This document shows positions 11,456 to 24,300 of a stretch of 64,000 nucleotides of DNA, piece after piece (the stretch's first letter is position 1; each line of letters begins with the position of its first letter). A program made the position numbers and the translations under genes. The stretch spans positions 4,526,001-4,590,000 of the forward strand of contig CP158635.1 of assembly GCA_050273025.1 (NCBI GenBank). Direction: 5' to 3'. The notes under the pieces were generated by a model. It was not told the DNA's origin. It did no database searches and worked only from the letters and a program-made list of their open reading frames with translations. This DNA comes from Cenococcum geophilum. Lineage: Eukaryota.

Positions 11456-12277
11456 TGAGACAGCCGTTGATTCAGATTCAACTTCGAATTGGGTCCTGTG
11501 GTTGCGGAGAAGAGCTGCAGCGGGAAAGTCCGCCCGCTGATGCTTATAAAGAAGCTGGGTGGAAATAGATAACTACGAATCCAACGTAAACACAAGGTCT
11601 TCTTAAAGTGGGTCTACGTGTCACGTTGTACACCAGGAGTCTTCGGAATGCTGAAATGCTATATAGATTCGCGTTTCGCGCTTCGTCGAAACTATGCCCT
11701 GCCGTTCGCAAGACGCCGTGAGACCCAGGCGGCAGAAACCGTCGTGCCGGTAAACAGATATGCCTAAGAACCTGCCCAAATAGATTTAGTTAGTGTAACA
11801 AGCGTCTGACGTGGTGGCACGATCATGCTGGTTTGTTCTTGGCTTATGCGAGAAAAGCCTTTTACGTGTATTGCCTTTCTATCTGCAACTAGCCAAAATG
11901 AAAGTGTTATTATCCAAATTTGTTATCTACGTCTCCTACTGTTGTCATTAATTAATAATTAACTTCTTTATCTAGATCAGTAAAATTTTTCCCAAGCTTA
12001 GCATAATTAGAGATAGCGGCCAAGGAGAGAATTTGTCGCAAGGCTGAAATAGGGCTAATTTGCACGTGACTAGTCCGGGCATAGCCTCAGACCGCTCTGC
12101 CTACGAAAATCTTCTCTCCTCCAACACGATGTAAGGCAGCAAAGGCTGTGGAAAGTCCAGGCTAGGCTTTTTTTTCGCTCACCGAAATCTATGAGCGCCC
12201 AGCATATAGGAATTGAACGACCCGACAAGAGAATATCACGCAAGGCGGTGGATTCTCTGCTTCGGCCTCGTTGAACA

Positions 12278-14360
12278 ATGCAGACATCTACATACTTTCA
12301 AAGAACTCTCTTCTACGACCAGAGCCCTGCAACAGAAGAATATTTTCTGCGTGTTTCTGAAAAACTCTTTGAAGATGATGAGAAAGGATCCCGCATGGAG
12401 GCCCGTATATTCGAGCATCACGACGAAGCGTATTCAGATACCCTTCGTGATGCGGTAAAGAATCCTCAACTTTTACAAGAATCTGGCACGTCCATAGAAG
12501 GAGAGAAAAAATATACGTATGTGGAGCAAAAGGCATACGGTACAGAGCCATTGGCATTAAGTCTGGAATCAACACCGGATAATGTTTTCTATGACACCGA
12601 TTCGACCACGGGGCCAGCCCCAGCAATTGACCAACATTCTCCAATTCGGTCAAGCCCTCCCGGATATGTCAGCAGAGCGAGACTGATCTCTCATAATATT
12701 ACCAATCGACATACATTGAGAGATCTAGTGGCTGTAAGATGAGCTTGGACTCCTGCACCGCATTACGACTGGCTAAAATTATCATTTCTAGAGAACCAAG
12801 CACATTTTTCGAGTTTTGTAGGTTGTTTAACCATCATTGTGATCATATCTAATAAACAGTCAATAGTTTCCTCCGTCAGCGGACATCTTACAGCCGCATT
12901 CAAGTTACCAAATCGCTCTTTGACACGCTTCTTACTTGCTGCCACGTATTCCCTAGGTTCAAGGAATTTATGGTTGGATTTGGTGTTAGATATAGTGAGC
13001 AGGAAATTGGTCCACCTCGACTCCAGTTTAGTCCACTATATTCTCGGCAAGATAAGAAATGTCATGGTTTCGGTATGTCGATTTCCTCACTTTACTGCTA
13101 GTCATCAAGCTAAATCTTAGAGAATGTGCATATATTCTAAAATATATGGAGTTCACAAATCGCGGCAGCGGCAAGGAGCCATGGTCTTTCCGGCAGACGG
13201 CAGTATATCATCGTTATAAACCTCCTAAATATAAGAACTGTTCGACGTGGATTCTCGTTGGAGCTTCAAGCAGAGCTGAAGTACGACTTGATAGATACAC
13301 TCGCAGCATTCCAAATATTCAAGACGCCAATCCTTTCGAAATCCACCTGATATTTGTAGATACCGTACTTACAAGCTGGAGGCCGTATATTGCTGACCTC
13401 ACGAAGGATATACAGCAGCAGGTAAGACGAATATTCTTTGTGTAACCCATAGAGGTTGATCCCTAAACTAATGGTCTTTCTTCAAACAGTCAGATAGAGC
13501 GCTTCTTGCTATGGTAGAAGATAATGAGGATTTCAAGTTTCTAGATTATGATCAAGAGCAAGAACTAAAACAGGTGGAGGACCAAATCGTCGACATTCTT
13601 GTCAGTCTGGATTCCACTCTGGACACAATCACTGCGCTACTTAACATATATGAGCACTTCAACAAGACATTCAGACGAGATCTCGAGGGAAGCTCCATTG
13701 ACGATTGGGATGCGATTAAATTAACATTTCGAGAAAAGCAGCAGGATATCATTTACATGAAACAGAAAGTAGAGGCACTATCCTCCAAATTACAGGGCAC
13801 CAAGGCTCTGGTACGTATCGCTGTTAACTTGAAGACTTGGCTTTATATCTAATCAATTTAGGTCTCAACTCTTCTTGACCGAGCTAATGGGCATACTTTG
13901 AAGCTTCTTGGAGAAGAGGCTAATCAGGAGAATATGATAATGCGCCAACTGGCCGAGAAGAGTAATCGTGACTCTTCTGTGGTCAAGACTTTGACAATTA
14001 TTACTTTGATCTATCTTCCCGCGACAGTCGTGTCCGTAAGTACGGGATATTTAAGAACCCTTAGAACAAAAGTGACTTAATGAGCAACAGAATTTCTACT
14101 CCACTCAATTCGTCACTCAGAAGCAAGTTGGAGATTCCTACGCAGTCGTTTACTCTCACAATGCCTGGCTTTTTTTTGCCATCTCCGTTCCGCTTACTAT
14201 TTTTACACTGGTAGTGTGGTATCTGTGGGCGAACTGGTCCCTCCTTCTACGCCGCAAAGAAAAATGGAAGCAGATAAAGTTGGCTACCCTTATTCAGCGG
14301 CCGCCCTACCTACGTCGCCGAGGCTCTCGAAATCAGATCGGAGTTAATATGGGCGTTTGA
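12278..14360 (+). CDS. fungal CorA-like membrane protein (two C-terminal TM helices), 7 exons, ~583 aa
   Basis: Exons 12278-12733, 12792-12817, 12867-13072, 13123-13421, 13490-13810, 13862-14035 and 14091-14360 join in frame without stops (the exon-4 acceptor is a less common GAG). Motifs FLRQRTSYSRIQVT, WSFRQTAVYHRY, NPFEIHLIF, DSSVVKTLTIITLIYLPATVVSNFYSTQF and WLFFAISVPLTIFTLVVWYLW. Confidence 0.82.
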
Positions 14361-14505
14361 TGGACTGGGTCTTATTTTCAATGTAGATCTAGTAATCTTC
14401 GATAATTTTATAATTTAGATTTATAAAATACTTTTATTTAATTTATAGGCTGTTCTAATTTCTAGTTATATATGGATAAAGATCTAGTATATCTTTAAAG
14501 GCCGG

Positions 14506-15420
14506 TGGTAGCGACTTGGGTAATCGAAGCACGAGCACGGGAGGGAGGATTCATGCAAACCTATATAATTGGATTGTCTATCAGCGAGGATCTAAAGCTA
14601 GAGAAAGGAAAGGAGATGAATGGCAACGCCGCTCGAAGTAGGGTTTTTATACGGTCCCCTAGTCACGTAAGAGTCACGTAAGCTCTACGTCTACTATAAC
14701 GTCTACTTTAACTATTAGCGACTTAGTCAATTGAGGCACGAACATAGTAAAAAAGATGCATGCAAGCCTGTATAATTGGATTATCTATTAACGAAGATCC
14801 AAAGCTAGAGAAAGGAAGGAGAAGAACAGCAACGCCGCTCGAAGTAGGATTTTTATACAGTCCCCTAGCCACGTGAGAGTTACATAAGCCCTGCGTCTAC
14901 TATAACGTCTACTATAACTAACTAGCTGCTGTTTTCTACCGTAATCCACTACTTTCTGCCTATGCCGTAATATTACCCCCCCTTTAAAAAAGCCTACCCT
15001 TAGGCTTTATATATCTTTATTATATCTATAGGGCGTTCTTATCTTTATACTCTTCCGGTAGCTTACTATCTTTATTATACTAATACTCTATTTATTTATC
15101 TAGGTACTTTAGAGGTCTAGGTTTATTAGGGTAATAGCTATAAAACTTTTAAAGCTTATAGGGACTACCTATAAAGTTCTATATATAGTACTAAGTAGGG
15201 TCTAGATTATATCCTTTCTAACTAATATAATACTTTTACGTTCTCCTTATAAGTTTCTAGGCTAGTATTTCTAATTTCCTATTTATTATTACTATTTACT
15301 TACGGTAAAGTCGGGCTCGCGCCTATACTTATTCACCTACTATTCTATTAATTTTTAGGCCTTTTAGATTTATACAGGCTACTATCTAGGCTTCTTTTAA
15401 GCGCTTAGCGTATTATTAGG
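14506..15420 (-). mobile_element. 3' end of LTR element family A: LTR 14713-14972, partial second LTR copy 14506-14712, PPT and 3' internal sequence
   Basis: 14565-14712 is a direct repeat of 14772-14920. The LTR ends ...gccgtaata and is followed by ttacccccccttt (PPT on minus strand). The reverse complement matches 29700-29855 and 36723-36993. Inner boundary approximate. Confidence 0.7.
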
Positions 15421-16292
15421 CTTCCTTATAATATAGATTTTGTATATAGTTTAGGGTCCTTTTAGTCTTTTCTAGTCAAAGCTTATATAGGGTAAGTAGC
15501 CTATTTCTATTTAAATAGGGGTAAATTTAGTAGAGTTATAGATTAGAGTCGCTTAGGTATTGTCTATTAAAGGTAATACGTTAGGAAAACGGAGAGTAGT
15601 GTAGAAAATTTAGTTTTGCTAAAAATATTCTCAGGGCCTAGGGCTAGCTTTCCACTATATTAGCTAAACCCTAAAGCTATACGCTATCTTTCCGCTATAT
15701 TAGCCAAACTCTAGACCAATACGCTAGCACTGCATCAGCTAAAAGAGTGTAATACTATGTATGTTATGGCAATAAGCCAGCTTATAGCTATTAAATTAAT
15801 ATTATTACTATTATTGCATTTATTGCTGTTGGCGTATTAGAATCCTAGAGGCCTTTTAGTAGGCTCTTAGTAGGCTTTCTAGCAGGCTCCTAGTAGGACT
15901 TTAATTTTCTTAGTTATTTAAATTGTCCTAATAGTACTATTTTAATATACTCCTAGCCAATAGTGCTATTAGGTCCCCGCTATATTCTTAATAGCCTCTA
16001 TATATACCTTTATATACCCCTTATTTTTAACCCTTTCTTTCTTATATCCTTTCTACTTAAGGAGGTACTAAAACGGTAGCTAGTAGAGGACTATGGCCAG
16101 AACTAGACAACTATGGCTAGAACTAGACGACCGTTATTAGAACTAGATAAACATCGCTAAAATAAGACAACTATAGAACCAGACGATAACCATTTAAATA
16201 ACTAGCTAGCAAATACTATAAACGATTTAATTGATTCATCAAACCTAACCAGAGCCTTAATATTAGCCTGCCACTAAATCGAATCAAATTAA

Positions 16293-16420
16293 CATCAGGA
16301 AAAATTTTTAGACGCGTTGTTGTGGTCGAAAATTGGGGTCTGCGTAACTCGCTCAAGTTGCAATTTGTAGCAATTTGCTACGAACATAAAGGTTACTTAT
16401 GCACGCGCCTACTCTATCTA
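16293..16420 (+). mobile_element. left end of a CATCAGG-TIR family element (older copy; right end not found)
   Basis: catcaggaaaaattttttagacgcgttgttg...aaaattggggtctgc matches the 17486 terminus. 15970-16290 is homologous to 18310-18600. Confidence 0.55.
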
Positions 16421-17688
16421 TGTATTTGTAGCAAATCGCTGCAAATATAGCTTTAGAAAGTTATCCCTTAATATAGTAAGGTTATTTGCTAAGGGCGCTT
16501 ATATTTATAACTAGATTTAATTAAATATTTATATTAACCCAGCTTTTCCAATAAGTTAATTCTGTAAGGGATATTATTATAGTCACCTTAGGTTGCCCTT
16601 AGGACAACCCTTAAACGCCCCTTAGATAGTTACTAGTTATATACTAAGGGTATATACCTGTAGCATATAGTCTTTATAATTATAAAGGCCTTACTTCTTT
16701 AAGGATTTATCTCCTATATAATCTATCTTATTCCTATAATTATACCTTATAGCCCCCTATCTATAAAGTCCTCTTATATTTAAATCCTTTCTACTTCTTT
16801 TTAAAAGGGTAGTCGGCTTTAAGGACTAGATTATTTATTTATATCTATTATTTCTCCCTTAAAACCTTACAACAACTTAAATAGAAACTCTATAGATATC
16901 TAATAAAAAGCCATCGCCTTAAGGTAGGAAGGTCCCTCTAATAGTAAGAGATTATAATAATATAAACCTTTAGGCAAAATAGCTAAATAAGCCCTAATAT
17001 CTAGATGCACTAAAAGCTTAAAGACTCTCGTATACCTATAGTTACTAGCAATATTAAGGGAAATATAAACACGCTCTATAACGGCTATAACGCTACTAAA
17101 AAGTAGCTAAAACCCCTCTAGCTCTACCTAGGCTAATTAAAAGATTAGGCGCTAGAGGCAACTTTAAAAATTTCCCCTAAGCTAGAAATACTAGAGAAAT
17201 ATACTAATATATCTAACTAGGGACCTAACTAAAACCCTCCCAGAAAATCACCAGCCTATAGTTAGTATAGTAGTGGTATATAAACTGCTTACAAGCTAAA
17301 TAGGCTTACTCCTTTAGGTAATTTAACCTAAACACTAATTTAAGACCTAAGGCTTATTAGGAAACCTATTCTAGTTATTAGTATTAATACTACCTTAATA
17401 GCCGAAGCTTCCTCAGGCCTAAGTTTGGAAAGTTAAGAGCCCTATACTAATCTTCTTTAAGATAGATATTAGAAAGCTGTTATAACATCAGGAAATTTTT
17501 TTTTGGGCACGTTGTCGCAAGCGAAAATCGGGGTCTGCAAAACCTGCGTAAGTCGCGATTTTAGCGATTTGCGGCAACTTGCGGCGATTTGCTACAAATA
17601 CATAGGCTACCCATGTAAATCGCCGCAAATTGCGACTTAAGTAGACCCTAATTTTCGGCTGCAACAAAAACGCAACAAAAATACTATA

Positions 17689-18310
17689 AAGCTCTACACG
17701 AAGCTCTACACAAAGCTCTGCACGAAGCTCTGCACGGAGCTCTATACGAAGCTCTGCGTATAGAGGCTCTGTACGAGGCTCTGCACGAAGCTCTACACGA
17801 GGCTCTGCACGAAGCTCTACACGAAGCTCTACACGAAGCTCTACACGAAGCTCTGCACGAAGCTCTACACGAAGCTCTGCACAAAGCTTTGCACGAGGCT
17901 CTACACGAGGCTCTATACGAAGCTCTGCGTACAGAGGCTCTGTACGAGGCTCTGCACGAAGCTCTACACGAGGCTCTGCACGAAGCTCTACACGAAGCTC
18001 TGCACGAAGCTCTACACGAAGCTCTACACAAAGCTCTGCACGAAGCTTTGCGCGAGGCTCTACACGAAGCTCTACACGAAGCTTTGCACAAGGCTCTGCA
18101 TGAGGCTCTACACGAAGCTCTACACGAAGCTCTACACAAGGCTCTACACGAAGCTCTACGTACAGAGGCTCTGCACGAGGCTTTGCGCGAAGCTCTACAT
18201 ACGGAGGCTCTACACGAAGCTCTGCACGAAGCTCTACACGAAGCTCTACGTACAGAGGCTCTGCACGAGGCTTTGCGCGACATACGGAGGCTCTACACGA
18301 AGCTCTGCAT
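17689..18310. repeat. 12-bp minisatellite (gaagctctacac/gaggctctgcac)
   Basis: About 50 degenerate tandem copies; they produce stop-free ALHE/RASC/ELRV pseudo-ORFs. Confidence 0.95.
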
Positions 18311-18624
18311 CGGGTCCCCGCTATATTCCCGATAGCCTCTACACGTGCCTCTGCCAAGTGTACCCCTTATCTATATACCTAGGTAGCCACCTTATTTTTT
18401 ACCCTTCCTTCCTTACATCCTCCCTACCTAGGGAGGCACCAGAACGGCAGCCAGCTGAGGACCGTCGCCAGAACCAGACGACCGTCGACCGTCGCCAGAG
18501 CCAGACGACCACCGTTCGAATATACAGCCAGCGAACGGCCGTAGAGAACGATTCGAATTAATACGATTAATCGATCAATCAAATCAGGCGGAGCCTTCGA
18601 TCGGGCCGACCTTTCCCCCAAATT

Positions 18625-19090
18625 ACAGACAGGTAGGCATAGACAGTAGCACAGATAGGAGGCACAGACGGTAGGTATAGACAGGTAGGCATAGACAGGT
18701 AGCATAGATAGGTAGGTACAGACAGGTAGGCACAGACAGTAGGCACAGACAGGTAGGCACAGATAGTAGGCATAGACAGTAGGCATAGGCAGGTAGGTAT
18801 AGGCAGGTACAGACAGATAGATAGACAGATAGGTAGGCAGGCAGGCAGGCAGGCAGGCACTAGGCCTAGTTAGGAAATCGGTACACAGCCAGCAGATCGT
18901 TAGGAATACCGCCAATTGATGATTTGGAGCCTTTGTAAAGGGTATCCCCCTTATCTTAATTGCTTAATAAATAGCTCTATATTTTATATAGTTATATAGA
19001 AATATAAAATATACAAAATATAAAATATATAAAATGTGTAAAATATGCAAAATATATAAAATATATAAAATATATAAAACGTGTAAAATA
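18625..19090. repeat. compound microsatellites (acag/gtag/gcag and 9-bp atataaaat)
   Basis: Tandem agacaggtaggcat, (ggca)n and (atataaaat)n runs. Confidence 0.85.
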
Positions 19091-21309
19091 CACAGGCTCT
19101 ACGCGTTTGCTGCGAGTTGCTATAAAATGCGCAGGCTCTGTGCAGTTTGCTGCAAGTTGCTATAAAATACGCAGGCTCTGTGCAGTTTGCCGCAAAATGC
19201 GCAAACCGCACAAGACTATATACGACTGCCGCGACCGTACAGTTTGCCGTAAATTGCCGCAAACTGCAACAACGAGCCCGAAAAAAAATTTCCTGATGAA
19301 GGCTCTTAAAAGCTATATGGGAGGAAGCTGCTAATAAATATATTAGAATTATCTAAGGGCAAATCTAGATTTAGTAGGGTTTAATCTAGGCTAGATAAAT
19401 TCTTTTATAACTTAGCTAAGGCTAAAGGTATTATAAAAGCTACCTAGTATTTACCTAAGGAGGTATAAAAGACTTAAAGAGGTATTTATATAATAAACGG
19501 AAAAAGAATATAAACTAACTAGTTAAGGCCTTTAGTAGTTTAGAACTCCGTTATAAACCTAGTGCCCAATATTTAGATAATTAGGTTTATAAGGTAGATA
19601 ACTTCTTTAAGATGCTAATAATATAAAATAATACTAAAGAATGTATATAGTGGATTATTAATAAGCTTAAAGATTAATTACTAAACTAGATTGCGCTTAA
19701 TTAACTTAATAAAGAGTAAATTACTATGTGGTTATATCTATAGACTTTCTAAAGGGTTAAACCTAAGATCCATATATTATATAATATAGTAATATAGAAT
19801 AATTCTAAAATAGTATATAGTTAGACCGTTAAGACTTCTACTAGTTTATAAACTTTATAAAAACTTATACTTAATAGATAGGTTTATAGCCCTTTAAAAA
19901 TAAGAATAGCAGTATTTATAAGAAGAAAAAAATAGATTTATCTAAGCTAGAATTAAGCTAACAATTTATAATAAAATAAAGTACATAGGAGCCCTACTGT
20001 AAATTACTGTATATACTAATTTTAAATAAGTGGTTCTAAACGCTAAAAATATAGTAAGGAACTAAACCTCTTTTAGTAAAAAGCTAGGGGATAACTAAAA
20101 GTATAAGCACTTTAATAGTAACGTAGGGTAGACCTAAGCTTTAAAGAAACTATTCTTAAGGAGAACTTTAGAAGGGTTAAAGTTAGGGGCCCTAAGTATA
20201 GAAAAGACTTCTAGGGCCAACCTAATACCTATTTAGCACCCTTATAGAAACACCCTAAGAAGCTAAAAGGAAATTTCCCTAAAGGTAAATCTTATTAGAA
20301 GAATAAGTAGGGCAAATATACTAATAATCTAAAAAAAAAGAAGCTCTAATTATGGATATCTCCTAGCTATAACTAGGGCAAAATACGGAAGGTGTAATAG
20401 AATCCCCTAGAAGGTATATATTAGATAAAACAATAGAAGGTTTTATCTATATTCTATCTACGTCCTAAAAGACATAGTTAGACAGATAAAAAGCGAAGGG
20501 TTTTACTAGCGTCTTAGAAGGATTATATAGGGAGCTAGTTCTCCTCTAGAGAAGAACTAATAATTAGTCTCTAAATAAAAGAGGCTAAAAAGCATTTGTC
20601 CTTTATATATAAAAATCGTTCTACCTTAACTTATCTTCTACTTACCTATAACTCTTATTTTACACTATTAATTAGATAATTATACGTTCTGGTTATATTG
20701 GCCTCTTATAATTCTAATTGCTTATAATCCTTTATGAAAAAAACGTACAGCTATTAATTAACGATAACGGGCTATACCTTCTTACCTCCTAAAACAACGC
20801 CCCTACTATAAGAGGCTTAAAGAGTTTCCCTAGAGGAGTATATTCCCTTTTCCTATAAAGAAGCCACGGCTAGTCCATCTAACCTTATAAGACCCTTAGG
20901 AACGATTACTACTAGGGAGTTATTAAAGCGGTCGCTATATAAGACCCTATAAAAAATAAAGGAGTTAAAGATATAATTAAGATAAGTATATTAAAACTAC
21001 TAAGAATAATTATAAGAATAATTAGGGGAAGTATAGACACCCTAAACACAAAGCGGACTTAAAGGGGCAACGCTATACTATACTATAATATTAGAAAAAC
21101 CTAAATTCCGTATAAAGGAACCTAATAAGTATTATAGTAATAGTCTCTAAAACTATAATTATTTTATCTATTAATGCGAAACTAAGTTTCGGCTAAATTT
21201 AAAACGTTACTCTAATAAGTATAATTAGACACTAATTGCTTCTACTTTCCTACGTAGCACTGTTAAGAGTTTATAAACACGCTATAAGAAAAAACTTACT
21301 ATACCCCTT

Positions 21310-24300
21310 TGTCACGGCACTGACCTAACGCATACTGTTTTATACTATCTCGTACTATTTCCTACTATTAGCTAGCCCACCACTAGCGACTTGGCAGCCG
21401 GCCCTACTATTTATATATAATACCCCCTTTCTACCTTCTTCTCCTCTTTATACTATAACGTAGTTATTTAGTCTACTTTATTACAGCACTATAATAGTTT
21501 ATGGTATCTTTAATTTACGTCCTATTATAATTACTAATTCCTTATACCCTAGCCAATTAACCTCCGCCTTAGAGCAATCGCGACCTATATACGCCTCTGC
21601 TAAAACTAATACGTCCCTAGTACAGTCCTAGAATAATTCTTAGTTTTTACCTAGCGCCTAAATAGGCGACACTAATAATACCAAAATGGCTAAAACCTAG
21701 AACCCCTATAACGTTTTCGCAGACCTCTTTATAGAGATATACCCTAATATCGCGTAAATAATCTACCGCTCCCTACTATACCCTAAGATCTTTAAGCCTA
21801 GCAAAGCTTACCTTACCCTTATTAACTATACTAACGAGTTCCTTAATAATATTAAAGTAGGACTATAGTATATATATAACACAAATACCGCTAATAAGAA
21901 AGCTAATAAAAACCTTAGTGCCCTTATTGCTTCCTAAATAGGAACTATTAACTCCTAGATAGAAACTATTACCGTTTTAAAATAATTAACCCCTATAACA
22001 ATGGTAGTAACCTAGTAGAAAAAATAGAGATCTAAAGACCTGCTAATATTTAGCGGAAAAGGCACCCTACTAAAATAATAAGCTAATTTCGAGACCTAGT
22101 ATATTAAAATTAAGGGAGTCTTTAACCGGGACTAGGATTACTTTAATATAGTTTAGTCCTAGATCCTTTATATCTTAGATATGCTAAAGGATAAGACCTA
22201 TAAGTTTATTAAGTAGGGCCTAGAGCTTATATATAAGAACCCAAATAATATATCTACGTAAAAATGGCCTACTAAGGAAGATATACTTAAAGACCTTACT
22301 ACCTACTATAAGGTCTTTAATATAACCTAGGTTATAAAAAACAAGCTTAACCATTTCCCCTAGGGCGAGTATAATTACTAGTCCTAAAAGGGAGAGCTTA
22401 ATAAGCTAATAGTCCGCGCTAAGAAGACAGATAAATAGAAGGTGGACCTATTTTAAAAGTTTATTTCTCTAAAGATAGAAGAGCTAGTACTTAGACTTAC
22501 CTATAAAATTAATAACAGCGACTATATAGGTTAGAGTAAGCAGATAGATATATTTACTAAAAACCTTATAAACTATATACACTAAGCCAACCTTAAGAAG
22601 AACGCTAACTACAGCCTACCTACCTAAGCCCCTGCCCCTATATTAACCCTAACCCTAGTAATAACTAGAGAACCTATAGACCTTAATAAAATCTTAAATA
22701 TAGAGTATAAGCGCTGTATTAATAATAGACTATACCTTGTTTATAGCCTGCCTAGCTACTAAAAGGATACCTATAACCCTATTAAGACAGCAAACCTAAT
22801 CCTAATGCCACCCTATTAAATAACGTAAACTAATAACCGCGGACGTGGTAACTATAGAGTTTATTATAAACGTAGTAACCGCGGAGCCTATTATAGCCGC
22901 AGTAGATAATCCCCCCCTTTAACCCTATAGCTTAGTTACTCTAAACTATACCCTATATAGGAGCCCAACCTATTAATAATGCCTAGTATTAGCGACTTTA
23001 CGCTAGCAAATACGAATACGGCCACGTTGTTAGTAAGGTATTATCTTCCTATACCCTAACCGAAACTAAGACTAATACCGCCAGCTAGATAGACACTAGA
23101 CCGCCCTACTAAGATAGTCTTATACCCTAGTTGTTAAAAGGTAAACCCTTAAACTAAGTTACGTCTAAGGGTTTAAACTATATAAGGAGGAAGATAAGAA
23201 GATTAGGTCCCTGTTACTAGATTAATTAGTCCTTTCTATTAGTAAACTGCCACTTAATCTTAGATTAGTAAATAGTAATAAGAAATTAATCCTTATTTAA
23301 ACCTAACTCTCCTTATTACGTAACCTATACCCCTAAGTTTATATTAATATAGTAAGCCTAGTAGACTCCGGTAGTACTATAATAGCATTTACTAATATAA
23401 AGTCTATTATAAGAAAGTATAACGTTATAATTAAAAAGCTGCTAGCACCTAGGCCACTATACCTTATAAATAGCATCCTAACTTTACTTATTACGGACTA
23501 CTTTACTACCTAAATATTAATTGGCCTCTATACTAAAGCTATGCTCTTTTTTATTACTAAACTCTCACCTACTACCCTAATTATCTTAGGTATGCCCTAG
23601 CTTTAGAAGCATAAGCCCTGTCCTAGCTTTAGGAAACTTAAGATTTACTTTAACTTAGACTACTGCTCTAGGCACTACCTCCTATAGGGGATAACCGACG
23701 TTAGTAAGGACGCCCTATATAGATATTTAGCACTATTAAGCCTAGTGCCTAAGACTATATATAAAGCCTTAATAGTAGAAGACGTTCCTAATAAAGGGGA
23801 GCCCGTATAGCTATAAAGAAACGAGATAGTAGAAGACTGGACTACCCTAGTACTTAAGACTAAAATAACGGGCTAGCCAGCCCTACTAAGACTAAGGAAG
23901 AAGGTCTGCTTTGCGCCGCTACTACTAAAAATCTAACCCCAACTTAGGTACTATTTAAACCCTAGCTGCTTAGCCTAATACCTAGAACTAAGCTATATAC
24001 TATATACGCATACTATAGCTCGCGTTATAGTAAGGACTAGCTATAAAACTACTAAGACCCAGATAATAGAAACCGCGCCACTATAACGCCTAACCTTATA
24101 CCTATCTCCCGCGCGTACTATATAGGGCCGCCGCCTTATTCCCGCCCCCTTAGGCTAATTAAGCCGTATTAGCCTAGCTATAGCACTAGAGAACTAGATA
24201 TGCCCTAACCTAGACAATATTAAATCCACTTATACTATTAATTTTACCTAGTTTTATAAATAAAAAGACGTAAAGGTAATAAGGATCTATATAGCGGAGC

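Larger units (their letters stand above)
17486..19298. mobile_element. non-autonomous TIR element (~1.8 kb) with internal mini- and microsatellites
   Basis: ~34-bp TIRs catcaggaaatttttttttgggcacgttgtcgca and tgcaacaacgagcccgaaaaaaaatttcctgatg. Flanked by aa on both sides (possible 2-bp TSD). No transposase. Confidence 0.75.

Noticed and set aside
17689..18310. CRISPR-like or telomere-like array
   Set aside because: Contiguous degenerate tandem units with no unique spacers, no cas genes and no TTAGGG; eukaryotic context.
17488..18561. ORFs of 148-289 aa with ALHE/RASC/ELRV repeats
   Set aside because: They are products of a stop-free 12-bp minisatellite, open in several frames on both strands; no evidence of a gene.
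19299..21309. Possible transposase or captured gene in RIP'd DNA (also 16420-17485 and 28486-29600)
   Set aside because: No recognisable domain motif could be reconstructed by eye; left unclassified.
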